DNA of 32,000 bases from an uncultured Chloroflexia bacterium (GTDB lineage: Bacteria > Chloroflexota > Anaerolineae > Anaerolineales > Anaerolineaceae). The notes beneath the pieces are model-generated. The model was not told the origin of the DNA and made no database searches. It saw only the letters and a list, made by a program, of their open reading frames with translations. The position numbers and the translations under genes are program-made. Where the stretch lies: positions 3,990,001 to 4,022,000 of the forward strand of contig OY969938.1 of NCBI GenBank assembly GCA_963704755.1, given 5' to 3'. Below are positions 6,605 to 15,470 of the stretch, in pieces. How positions within the stretch are numbered: the stretch's first letter is position 1; the number at the start of each line of letters is the position of its first letter.

Positions 6605-8245
6605 TCTGGTAATATTTAGGAGGTTCAACCCGAAAATATTTAGAATTCTTGATTGTGATCTTAACTTATCAGTTGAACCCAAAGAGCAAAAATGTTGCAG
6701 GTGGGGATGCAACGGTAAGTAATTGGTCGGCAATCCGGAATCATAGGCTTTTCCAGCCAGGTCTATAAACGCCTCTCCTATTTCGTCGAGAGTTTGGTCT
6801 TGTCCTTCAGCAGAGACAGCACTGGAAAAGGCCGAAAGTAGAGGGTGGATCAAAAAGCCGGATGTAGATCGTTCAAGCACGCCCAAAGAACATACGGTTT
6901 TGATTGCCCGGTCGAAATCGCTTTCCTCTTCAACGCCCGATGCCTTGAGCAACAATTCCCTGGGGATGGGATTGCCAGGCGCACACCAGCCGGCCAATAG
7001 GAAGATTTTGCGGGATAAAACTTTATTCTCGTTATTCCCAGCTAGCCGATCCAAACTCATTTTGAACGTTGCAGCCAGGCTGGTTTCGTGTTGAGTGGGA
7101 CTGCCTTCGACCCAATCCAACAGCGAGCTATGCTGCAATAAATTTTCCTGTTCAGCCACCTCGGCTAAATAGCCGTCGGCCGTGAGTGTTTCACGGTCGT
7201 TCAAGTAGTGGCCGGCCAGGTCGATTGCTAATGCCAGATAGCCCAGTTTCGCCGAAATCTGATCGAGTTGATCGTCGGGAAGATCCTTCAAACGTTCAGC
7301 CAATTTTCGTAGAAGGTCCCGGCATTCTTCGACGCTGAGCAGACCAAGCGGCTGCGATTGCAAGCCCAGGTCGGCTGGCCAGTCGAGCCGGCGGGCGGTG
7401 AGCAACAGACGGGAAGCGCTTAGCCTGGGCATCCAATTTCGCAATATCTCGGGGTCTTCGAGGTTATCCAAAATCACAAGCCGGCGCTTACTTGCCTTCC
7501 AAACGCGGAGGGTGGCGGCGACCTGGTCAGGGACTTGTTCCGGCCAGGGATCGATACCCATTTCACGGCCGCATTCGCTTATTTCGGTATCAATATCGGT
7601 ATCGCGGCAGTTGATCCAATGAACACCTTGGAAATAGCGACCGTAACGATAACAAAACTCGACGGCGAGCTGGGTTTTGCCGATGCCGCCCATGCCGGTG
7701 ACGGCTTCGATTTGGGTCACGGCCACGTTGGTAGGTCGTTCCGCATAGATCAGGTCATCCGCCAGGGTAAGCAGGTCGGTTTCGCGGCCGGTGAAGACAG
7801 CGTTGCGGGTATGGGGCATACGCGAGCCCGGCAAAGGATCGCCAACCTTTGGGAGTTTACCTCGCGGAGGCAACTTTGGTAATTTCTTTTCCAGCTCTTC
7901 CGGAGATGCCTTTTCGTCTTGTGAGGGGCCAATAGTCACGTGATCCGCGTGCTCAATAGTAGTTCGACTACCTCCAATTTGGTCAGCGTCAATTTTCTTA
8001 GCGATTATATTTATCCCATTACCAGTTTGTGTATTTTTATTTTCTGTTGTATTCGATTTTTCGGGTTTTCCGTAGATCTTTATGAGGTTTGCAGCGACTG
8101 ACGTCACTGAAACAATGGCTGCACCGATTATGATAAGTAATGCGTATACACTGCGGTTTGGAGAAATTAAATAACTTACGCCAACCACGAAAAAAATTGC
8201 AAGGAAAAGATAAAGTGTTATGCGTGATCGAAGGATTTTGTCCAT
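5852..8245 (-). CDS. STAND NTPase: N-terminal 2-TM segment, NB-ARC-type ATPase, C-terminal TPR array
   Basis: ATG at 8245 (MDKILRS). Two hydrophobic helices (LYLFLAIFFVVGVSYLI; ALLIIIGAAIVSVTSVAANLI). Walker A GMGGIGKTQLAVEF (7673-7696), Walker B RRLVILDNLED, LLLTARR, then about six 42-aa TPR units YERALKI.EAVYGPDHP.VA..VNNLG.VL.ALGDLAGA. Confidence 0.9.
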   Translation of the reverse strand: MDKILRSRITLYLFLAIFFVVGVSYLISPNRSVYALLIIIGAAIVSVTSVAANLIKIYGKPEKSNTTENKNTQTGNGINIIAKKIDADQIGGSRTTIEHADHVTIGPSQDEKASPEELEKKLPKLPPRGKLPKVGDPLPGSRMPHTRNAVFTGRETDLLTLADDLIYAERPTNVAVTQIEAVTGMGGIGKTQLAVEFCYRYGRYFQGVHWINCRDTDIDTEISECGREMGIDPWPEQVPDQVAATLRVWKASKRRLVILDNLEDPEILRNWMPRLSASRLLLTARRLDWPADLGLQSQPLGLLSVEECRDLLRKLAERLKDLPDDQLDQISAKLGYLALAIDLAGHYLNDRETLTADGYLAEVAEQENLLQHSSLLDWVEGSPTQHETSLAATFKMSLDRLAGNNENKVLSRKIFLLAGWCAPGNPIPRELLLKASGVEEESDFDRAIKTVCSLGVLERSTSGFLIHPLLSAFSSAVSAEGQDQTLDEIGEAFIDLAGKAYDSGLPTNYLPLHPHLQHFCSLGSTDKLRSQSRILNIFGLNLLNITRYDLAKSAFERALKIDEAVYGPDHPQVAIRVNNLGGVLRALGDLAGARASYERALKIDEAVYGPDHPEVATDVNNLGGVLRDLGDLAGARTCYERALKIVEAVYGPEHPKVATTVNNLGSVLQALGDLAGARVSYERALKIFETVYGPDHPRVAGGVNNLGAVLRALGDLAGARASFARALKIDEAVYGPDHPDVAGDVNNLGSVLQALGDLAGAKASYERALKILVKFLPADHPNIKIVRGNLASLDEEK

Positions 8246-8498
8246 ACCAGCCCCCAATTTCGATGTAACTCATTATGACTATTTTTCCTTTGAAATTCAA
8301 CCTGGTGTTCCGAAAGCTGGTACTGACCTCTCCCAATCCCTGCAAGTTGTGATTGGATTTATTTGCCGAATCCGAAAAATAACTACTGGCCTTTAAAATA
8401 AACACTCGTTGGGTATGGGCATCGAGTATTACAAAGAATATTTATATGTTTGCATCACTCGCCTGGAGAAGGCCACATATAACTAGCTGAGAATTTTT

Positions 8499-9779
8499 CT
8501 AATTAGAAGCATTTTCGAGAAGGGTTAGTTTACATATTTTCAAAAACGCCGACATCCCTTCAACCAATTCAATTACACTGGCCATTACATCGATGTTTCG
8601 CTCCCAAAATAATCTGTCCACCAATTCCTCGGAAGTCCTATTAAATTCTAATAAAATATCTACTAATTCCTTGTCACGAAAAGAGAATGAATTTGAATTT
8701 GTCCTTCCTGAATATTCCGAAAAAATTCTTAAGCTAACATCCCGAAGGGAATCATCAGGGACTTCAACTTCATATGATTTATTAATCGGTAGTAATCGGT
8801 GAAATGCTTTATTTCTGGCCTTTGCTATTTGGTCTTTATAGTCGGACAGTTTGGGTTTTGTATTTTGGGTTGCCCAAGGTAAATTCCTCAATGCTGTAGA
8901 AAAACCATATTGATAACGAAAGGTGCCCAATAATACGATGGGCTTTAGATCCCCTACCTGACCTAAAAGCCTTACTATTTTCATTGCGTCGTCAGTGAAA
9001 TTATAGGCTATGCGTAGGATTTCTGTCGAAAGAGGTAGATCTAGATCAGATATATCGAAGTTAACTATTTCTTCTTTATATTTTTTTAATTGGTCTTTCA
9101 AGGGAAGAACTAAACTATCTAAGAAATATACAGTATCTGTTTTAATCGTCTTTGGAATAACCAAACGAGCATAAGATTCTTTTTGTAAAAGATGGAATGC
9201 ATCCATCAATGCCCGCCTAAGTATTGATTTCACATCATCGCCAACATTACCTATATTTTCTTCAACATATTGCCAGATTTGGTAAGTCTCATCAAGATTT
9301 CTAACCTTCAGAATTCCATTATTGAGAATTGCTGGTTGTGGTAAAGAAGAATCCAGAACTACCTTTGAAATTAAGGCATGGTCTACGGGAGATTCAAAAA
9401 TTAAACTGTCATCAATTTCACTAATCAAAATGAAGACTAATTCACCTAGGGAGTTTAATTGTTTCTTTACAAACTCAGCCAAAGGAATTACTTCGGAAAT
9501 TTTTGAATCGTTTTTCGAGACAAACGAATAATCTTTATTAATAGCTAATCCATTTAATACAAAAACATCATTCTCTTGAACTATACTTTTTTCAGCCAAA
9601 ATACCTAGGTAATGATCACTTTTCTTGGTTTTTACTTTCGTGTCACGAAATGGGAAAGAGTTATTAATTAGGAAATATTTATTCTCAAGTCCTGACATCG
9701 AACTCTTAATGCTAGACCAATCGATAATATTTAAGAAACCATTAATTTGATTTAATATTTGGTCGATTATCGTATTCAT
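8499..9779 (-). CDS. Hypothetical 426-aa protein with two HEPN-like R-x4-6-H motifs
   Basis: Long open frame in AT-rich DNA, 51 nt downstream of the MTase-Mrr gene on the same strand. Contains SILRRALMDAFHLL (R189..H196) and IAKARNKAFHRLL (R322..H327, nt 8816-8799). No other motif recognised. Confidence 0.75.
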   Translation of the reverse strand: MNTIIDQILNQINGFLNIIDWSSIKSSMSGLENKYFLINNSFPFRDTKVKTKKSDHYLGILAEKSIVQENDVFVLNGLAINKDYSFVSKNDSKISEVIPLAEFVKKQLNSLGELVFILISEIDDSLIFESPVDHALISKVVLDSSLPQPAILNNGILKVRNLDETYQIWQYVEENIGNVGDDVKSILRRALMDAFHLLQKESYARLVIPKTIKTDTVYFLDSLVLPLKDQLKKYKEEIVNFDISDLDLPLSTEILRIAYNFTDDAMKIVRLLGQVGDLKPIVLLGTFRYQYGFSTALRNLPWATQNTKPKLSDYKDQIAKARNKAFHRLLPINKSYEVEVPDDSLRDVSLRIFSEYSGRTNSNSFSFRDKELVDILLEFNRTSEELVDRLFWERNIDVMASVIELVEGMSAFLKICKLTLLENASN

Positions 9780-9830
9780 ATTGCCCTCCTAATTCGATTC
9801 TGAATTCAATAGTGACACATTGGAACAAGA

Positions 9831-11489
9831 CTAAAACCCAAACTCTCCTTGAGTTCCTTCCTGTCTCTTGACCCGCTGAGCCTTCTTAAATGCTCCATAA
9901 GCAGGCGGCATTTGGACCTTTTTGCCAGCTAACAATTCCTCTATTGTTAGTATTTGCAGCCGCGGATATTTCTGCTGCCAGAAGTCAGAGGTATAAAATC
10001 CGGCTGAAACCGCCTCTGTGATCATGTCTGAGGAAGGTTTTTCGAGTGTAATCAGAACCCCAATCGTTGAATTATCCCGTTCTATGGTTCCTCGCAAATC
10101 TCTTATCGTAGCAGAATTGACATGGCCGCTTTTCACCTGGATAACCACCTGTTTAGGTTTTCCAGAAGCATCATCCAAGTAAGGAATAAGCCCGTCAACA
10201 CCTTTGTCAGATCCCTTTTTCCCTTTCTTGCTGCCCTTTTCGCCACCTAACGGCCTAGCCTCGATGAGGGACAAGGCCCACCATTGGAATTGATAGCGAT
10301 CTTCCGAAGCAAGCTGGTAGGCCGATTGGATATCTTCCGGTTCACCAACGATCTGATAATCCTTGCCAGGGTCAAGGTTAAACATGTCCTTTAGCCTGGA
10401 TTTGTGCATAGCAATAGCCAGGTGAGTAACATCAATGCCTATCCACTGACGATTTAATTTCTGAGCCGCAGATATTGCTGATCCACACCCACTAAAAGGG
10501 TCTAGCACAATATCGTTTTCTCTGGATGAAGATTGGATTATTCTTTCCAATAAGGTTAATGGTTTTTGAGTTGGATATCCCAACCGTTCGGCCGAGGAAG
10601 CCTGAAGAGGCGGAATATCTATCCAAACATCAGTGATTTTTGGCCCTTCCTGGTCGTTTAGATAAACCTTTCTCCGAATTCTGCCATTTTTAATAGGTGG
10701 AAAAATCAATCTCCCGTCATCATCTAAGGTCGCCATTAATCGTTTATTTACCCGCCATCCTTTAGGAGGGGGAGGATAACCTTTATATTCGAAAGTCAAA
10801 TTTGGACGGGGATTAGGGCTATCAAGGGGAGCACTTTGATAAGGGCCACGGCCATCTCCATCATCGAATTTAAACCTTGATAAATATTCTTCATCTTGGT
10901 TGCCAAAAACCGACAAAAAATAATATTTGCTCGACTTTCCATAAAGCAAAATTACATCATGTACAGAGCCAAATTTTCTTCGAACATCACCTTTTACCGC
11001 AGTTCTTTGCCAAATAATTTCATTGATTACATTATCAGGCCCAAAAATCACATCCATTAGGATTTTTAAATAATGACTAGCCGTTGGATCACAATGCAAA
11101 TAAAGGCTTCCTGTAAGTTTTAACACCCGGTGTAATTCAACTAATCTAGCAGCCATCATGACCAGGTAAGCCATCATTTGGTTTGTGCCAACGAATTGGC
11201 GAAGTGCTGCAATCATTTGACCAACCTGAACGTTTTCTCCGGTCACTAGTTCGTTATAAATTTCTTCAGCCGATGGCCCCCAATGCCAGGTATCATCGAA
11301 AGCGGAAATCTGCGCTTCAGCGGCCTGGCCTGATTCGTCCTTGAAAAGAATGTTGTAAGATCGGTTTGAGTTGAACGGAGGATCCAGGTAGATTAAATCG
11401 ACCGATTCGGTTGGAATATATTCTCGTAGGACTTTTAGATTATCACCATAGTATAACGTGTTCAATGAATTCTCCTCAGCCAACCACAT
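9831..11489 (-). CDS. Beta-class DNA methyltransferase fused to a C-terminal Mrr-like PD-(D/E)xK nuclease domain
   Basis: LIYLDPPFNSNRSYN (motif IV) lies before VLDPFSGCGSAISAAQKLNRQWIGIDV (motif I). The C-terminus has DKGVDGLI...VVIQVKSGHVNSATIRDLRGTIE...IGVLITLEKPS, resembling the Mrr catalytic core (GxDG...QxK). Confidence 0.88.
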   Translation of the reverse strand: MWLAEENSLNTLYYGDNLKVLREYIPTESVDLIYLDPPFNSNRSYNILFKDESGQAAEAQISAFDDTWHWGPSAEEIYNELVTGENVQVGQMIAALRQFVGTNQMMAYLVMMAARLVELHRVLKLTGSLYLHCDPTASHYLKILMDVIFGPDNVINEIIWQRTAVKGDVRRKFGSVHDVILLYGKSSKYYFLSVFGNQDEEYLSRFKFDDGDGRGPYQSAPLDSPNPRPNLTFEYKGYPPPPKGWRVNKRLMATLDDDGRLIFPPIKNGRIRRKVYLNDQEGPKITDVWIDIPPLQASSAERLGYPTQKPLTLLERIIQSSSRENDIVLDPFSGCGSAISAAQKLNRQWIGIDVTHLAIAMHKSRLKDMFNLDPGKDYQIVGEPEDIQSAYQLASEDRYQFQWWALSLIEARPLGGEKGSKKGKKGSDKGVDGLIPYLDDASGKPKQVVIQVKSGHVNSATIRDLRGTIERDNSTIGVLITLEKPSSDMITEAVSAGFYTSDFWQQKYPRLQILTIEELLAGKKVQMPPAYGAFKKAQRVKRQEGTQGEFGF

Positions 11490-11739
11490 TTTTATGTTTC
11501 AATACGTATTCAACCAGGTTTTGATCATAATTTGTTCGATCTATCTTTGAAGTGCGAAACACCACAGCTCTTATTTTCGCATAAACCCAATCAACATCAA
11601 AGCCATACTCTCTCATATTTTTTAAAATAGTCGTAAGGGTTTGCCTATTCTCAACTTGGATTTTAATTACCTCCTTCGCTTTGGAAACGCTAATTTCCCT
11701 TTTCATTTTTGTAGTTATAACAGGTGTTACAGATATCAT
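11476..11739 (-). CDS. Small hypothetical protein (87 aa or shorter), first gene of the cassette
   Basis: Overlaps the MTase start by 14 nt, suggesting translational coupling. No recognisable motif, and the start codon is uncertain. Confidence 0.5.
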   Translation of the reverse strand: MISVTPVITTKMKREISVSKAKEVIKIQVENRQTLTTILKNMREYGFDVDWVYAKIRAVVFRTSKIDRTNYDQNLVEYVLKHKNVVG

Positions 11740-12036
11740 TGAGGTTTTCCCGGACTCTGGTTTTTGTCCAAGTTTTGGATTGAACGTAATTAAATTACTT
11801 GAAAGCTTAGTTTGGGCGTTTATAAGGTCCTTATTTTAATTTAGCTATCTCCAATTCTTTTTGTTGAATATTCCCAGTTAGGGAATCTGTTTCACTATCA
11901 ATAGCATCAATTTTCGTTTCGGCCAAAGATTTTTTCATTTCAATAATTTTTTCATGTAACTCTATGACCTTTCCCCAAATCAGTAGACACGAATGAAGGG
12001 TGAGAGATGTACAGTAAAAGGGAACGGAGGAAGGTC

Positions 12037-12345
12037 ATGAGTGACAAGAAATATCGAGAATACACCGATGAGTTCAAGCGGGAAGCGTTAGAGCTGCTGA
12101 AAAGCAGCGGGAAGAGTGCAGGACAGCTTGAGCGGGAACTGGGGATAACGCCAGGGATGTTGCTAAAGTGGCGGGATCGATACGAGGTGGTGTTGCCAGA
12201 GAACCAGGAGCCGAAGCTGGTACCGAGTGATTTAGAAGCGGCCAAAAGGGAGATTGTGCGTTTGCAACGGGAGCTGAAGGAGATAGCCGAAGAGCGAGAG
12301 ATCCTAAAAAAAGTAGTCAACATTTTCTCCCGGAAAGGCGGATGA
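12037..12345 (+). CDS. IS3-family transposase OrfA (HTH)
   Basis: MSDKKYREYTDEFKREALELLKSSGKSAGQLERELGITPGMLLKWRDRY, with GGAGGAAGG upstream. A leucine-zipper-like tail precedes the A AAA AAA G frameshift site. Confidence 0.9.
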   Translation: MSDKKYREYTDEFKREALELLKSSGKSAGQLERELGITPGMLLKWRDRYEVVLPENQEPKLVPSDLEAAKREIVRLQRELKEIAEEREILKKVVNIFSRKGG

Positions 12346-13199
12346 AGTACACGTTTATGGCTGCCCACGAAGAGCAATTTCAGATCAAGCGGATGTGCCG
12401 GATGCTGAGTGTGAAGCGCAGTGGGTATTACGCCTGGCGGAAACGAACGCCCAGCACGCGGGAACAAGCCAACCAGGCTCTGCTGGAGCTGATTACAGCA
12501 GAGCATGAGCGCAGCCGGAAAACATATGGCAGCCCGCGTGTGTACGTGGTTCTGCGGCGAAAAGGGGTAGTGTGTGGGCATAATCGGGTGGCACGCCTGA
12601 TGCGTTTGCATGGGATCGCAGCCCTTGCAAGGCGCAAGTACCGTCCAGTGACCACCCACCGCCAGCCAGGGGCGATTCCTGCCCCCAACCGGCTGAACCA
12701 GGACTTCTCCGCCTCTGCCCCCAACCAGAAATGGGTCAGTGATTTTACCTACATCGAGACCGGAGAAGGCTGGTTGTATCTGGCCGTGGTCTTGGACTTG
12801 TTCTCCCGCAAAGTGATTGGGTGGTCGATGAGCCAGAAGATGGACACCGCCTTGGTAGAAACAGCTTTGCGTATGGCCCTCCTGGGACGTCATCCACCGG
12901 CTGGCCTGCTGCACCACTCCGATCAGGGCAGCCAGTACACCAGCGCTGCCTACCGCTCCTGCTTGACCGAAGCTCTGGCCCAACTGAGTATGAGCGGGGC
13001 TGGCAACTGTTACGACAATGCGGTCATGGAGAGTTTCTTTGGCACTCTGAAAACCGAATGCGTTACGGGTCCATTTCTTACCCGTACCTTGGCTCGCACG
13101 ACCATTTTTGAATACCTGGAGGTTTGGTACAATCGCCAACGACTACACTCTACTTTGGGCTACCTCAGCCCCGTTGATTTCGAAAACCTCACCCTTTAA
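12342..13199 (+). CDS. IS3-family transposase OrfB (DDE/rve integrase core), normally expressed as OrfAB by -1 frameshift
   Basis: Contains WVSDFTYIETGEGWLYLAVVLDLFSRKVIGW, HSDQGSQYTS and YDNAVMESFFGTLKTE (D, D, E regions). The -1 frame is open from 12312 into orfB. Confidence 0.9.
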   Translation: MKYTFMAAHEEQFQIKRMCRMLSVKRSGYYAWRKRTPSTREQANQALLELITAEHERSRKTYGSPRVYVVLRRKGVVCGHNRVARLMRLHGIAALARRKYRPVTTHRQPGAIPAPNRLNQDFSASAPNQKWVSDFTYIETGEGWLYLAVVLDLFSRKVIGWSMSQKMDTALVETALRMALLGRHPPAGLLHHSDQGSQYTSAAYRSCLTEALAQLSMSGAGNCYDNAVMESFFGTLKTECVTGPFLTRTLARTTIFEYLEVWYNRQRLHSTLGYLSPVDFENLTL

Positions 13200-13781
13200 C
13201 TATGTCTACTAAACCGGGGAAAGGTCACTATGACCTCAGAATATTGAGAGCTAATATCCGCTTCAGGAACTAAATCTTTCCAGTCTTCTATTGAATTTAT
13301 TATTTCTTCTTGAATTTGAATACTTCGTAAAACCACTTCATCAAAAAACACCTTCTGGATTGGGGTCAATCGATCTTCTTTTGTTTTAGATAGTTGCCCC
13401 ATTGAATCGCCAATTCTTTCTCCCAAATCGACTACCATCCTATTTACCGATTTCAAACCCCTTATCGCCGATTCTCCGCGTATTTTTAACCTTTCATTTC
13501 GGCTTTTTTCATCCCACAAATTTGCAATTAATCCACCTAATAGACCTGTCATTAATGTTAATAGAATATTCACAAACGCAGAAAGAACGACGTTCTTGGG
13601 TAAAAATATTGAAAAACACAGAAATAATAATGATAAAATAATTACGATAAATACCGGGGGAAAAAATAAAATTTTTACAAGTTTTTCCCATTCCTCGCGG
13701 ATTGTAGCCTTTTTTATCATTTGTAGGAATTCCTTTTTGCACAATTATCAATACACAAAAAAAGGATTAAATAAAACACCG

Positions 13782-14711
13782 TTACCTTAGCGCCCTTCTC
13801 CATCCATTGGTCTGGGCTTCTTCTTCGGTGCAGAACCACTTCTCCCCTTTTTCCGGGGAGATCTTCGTTTTATCATAGTCACGTTGCCCCGGCATGTGAT
13901 AAATTTTCTCACCGCTAGAGGAGATGTTGCCCTTGATATCGCACCTGGGCAGCTCCGTGGTGCAGCCGGTCGGACATTGGCCGACGGATTGGGTAGTCAA
14001 AACAATTTGGGTATCTGTGGGCTTTATTGCCCAGACGCCCATAACTTCGGCTTTCGCCTGATCCTGGGCCTGATGGAAGAATTCATGGCAGATAGTATCT
14101 GGAGGGTATTCTTTGGCGACGGCCATGCCGTCCCTCACCAGCTCATAATTGACAAAAACGTTATCAACCAAGACATATCGGAGTAAACGGTCGTACGGAT
14201 CCGTTTCCGACACATCCTTTATGAGGACGACCGTCTTTCCTTCTACCATCCCTGAGTTCTCTTTTGTGGCCAGGTCAGCGACCGGGTTTCCGCTGTTCAG
14301 TTCGGGAGTGTCGACCCCAATGTAACGGACTGGGTAGTCAACTCCATCGATCTCGACGTGGATCGTATCACCGTCCACTATACGGGTCACCTCTCCCACC
14401 TGCATTGCATCCTTCCCGGCTAAGCATCGATACAAATCACCATATCCCAGCGCCGATGGTTCGGCGCTTTCAACTTTTTCCTGTTCTGTTGGCGTCGAAA
14501 TCGCGATCACTGTATTTGTCGATACAAGTTGAACGGATTCAGTGAATGTTATGGTTGTTTGTATTGTTGCGCTTTCAGCCGTATCTTTCTCGGGGTTTCC
14601 AGGGATTAAAGCAACACCCACACAACACAAAATCACCAGGCCTAATATTCCTAGTGCAATATTCCTCATTTGTTTTTCTCTTAAATAGGTTTTTTTCTTC
14701 CCATCCCCCAT
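13782..14711 (-). CDS. Membrane-anchored/secreted thermonuclease (SNase-like) with Cys-rich C-terminal domain
   Basis: N-terminal hydrophobic anchor NIALGILGLVILCCVGVAL. SNase core VTRIVDGDTIHVEIDGVDYPVRYIGVDTPE...DRLLRYV...NYELVRDGMA. C-terminal CDIKGNISSSGEKIYHMPGQRDYDKT...WFCTEEEAQTNGWRRA. Confidence 0.85.
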   Translation of the reverse strand: MGDGKKKTYLREKQMRNIALGILGLVILCCVGVALIPGNPEKDTAESATIQTTITFTESVQLVSTNTVIAISTPTEQEKVESAEPSALGYGDLYRCLAGKDAMQVGEVTRIVDGDTIHVEIDGVDYPVRYIGVDTPELNSGNPVADLATKENSGMVEGKTVVLIKDVSETDPYDRLLRYVLVDNVFVNYELVRDGMAVAKEYPPDTICHEFFHQAQDQAKAEVMGVWAIKPTDTQIVLTTQSVGQCPTGCTTELPRCDIKGNISSSGEKIYHMPGQRDYDKTKISPEKGEKWFCTEEEAQTNGWRRALR

Positions 14712-14738
14712 AGGGTTCCCCTTTTTATCCGATACAAA

Positions 14739-15470
14739 TCAATCTTTTGCATTACCTTCCCCAGGCACCCTCAAGATGCCGGCAACAAACGTAAGGACTG
14801 CCCCGAGGAAAACGACGTACGGACCGGGGCCGACCAGAACGGTTACGTACTCGGTCGTTTGCGCGCTGACGTCCATTAGCGAGCCATAGTCGACCGCCAT
14901 TATCACGAATAGCAGTAAGCCCAGGGGGATCAGAGGCCAGGAATAAATGCGGCGCTGTTTTCCCAGGTGAAATATAGCGACGAAGCCAATCCCGACGCCG
15001 GCCGCGAAGAAGAAAGGCCCGTCCCCGGACATGCCGCTTTTCGAGGCCGAACCAAAGATGGAGAGCAGGCTGCCCCAAGGGAGAATGGCTCCAACGATCA
15101 AGAAGACGGCTGCTAAACCGGCCAATAGGTTGCCTGTATGCCGGCGGGTGGCTTTGAGCGCCTGGGAAGTCGGGTCCAGATCAGGATCGTAAGCCCGAAG
15201 CTCGACTTCCTTTTCGACTGCAAATTTTTCGAGCCTGGTCATCTTTTTTTGGATGTCGTTCAGATCGCGCGTCCCGATGAGGAGCCAGAAAAAGGCAACG
15301 CCGATGAGGACCAGGCCGATAATGAGAATAGGGCCGCCGACAATACAGGAAGCGATGCCGGCAAGTAAAATGCCCAAAGCTATCTTGAGCGAGTTTTTCT
15401 GCCCGAAAAACTTTCTGGAGGTGTCAAAATATTCTGATTGAAGATCGATGCTGTGTTCCACTTTGCCCAC
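14739..15470 (-). CDS. Polytopic membrane protein, function unknown
   Basis: GTG start. Several long hydrophobic segments (ALGILLAGIASCIVGGPILIIGLVLIGVAFFWLLI; LLAGLAAVFLIVGAILPW; FFFAAGVGIGFVAIF; LIPLGLLLFVIMAV; VVFLGAVLTFVAGIL). Confidence 0.7.
   Translation of the reverse strand: MGKVEHSIDLQSEYFDTSRKFFGQKNSLKIALGILLAGIASCIVGGPILIIGLVLIGVAFFWLLIGTRDLNDIQKKMTRLEKFAVEKEVELRAYDPDLDPTSQALKATRRHTGNLLAGLAAVFLIVGAILPWGSLLSIFGSASKSGMSGDGPFFFAAGVGIGFVAIFHLGKQRRIYSWPLIPLGLLLFVIMAVDYGSLMDVSAQTTEYVTVLVGPGPYVVFLGAVLTFVAGILRVPGEGNAKD

Larger units (their letters stand above)
11965..13227 (+). mobile_element. IS3-family insertion sequence (1263 bp) with terminal inverted repeats and a 3-bp target duplication
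   Basis: IRL is TGACCTTTCCCCAAATCAGTAGACA; IRR (reverse complement) is TGACCTTTCCCCGGTTTAGTAGACA. CTA is duplicated at 11962-11964 and 13228-13230. orfA/orfB overlap, with the slippery A7G at 12306-12313. Confidence 0.9.
11831..13744 (-). pseudogene. TM plus coiled-coil protein gene interrupted by the IS3 element
   Basis: The 5' part 13231-13744 ends ...DISSQYSEVI and then reads into the IS. Removing the IS and one CTA joins it in frame to 11831-11964 (ELHEKIIEMKKSLAETKIDAIDSETDSLTGNIQQKELEIAKLK*), restoring an ORF of about 217 aa. Confidence 0.75.

Noticed and set aside
11952-13139. 395-aa reverse-strand ORF inside the IS element
   Set aside because: It is antisense to the IS3 orfA/orfB, which have clear transposase motifs. 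The translation is low-complexity and Pro/Ser/Gly-rich.
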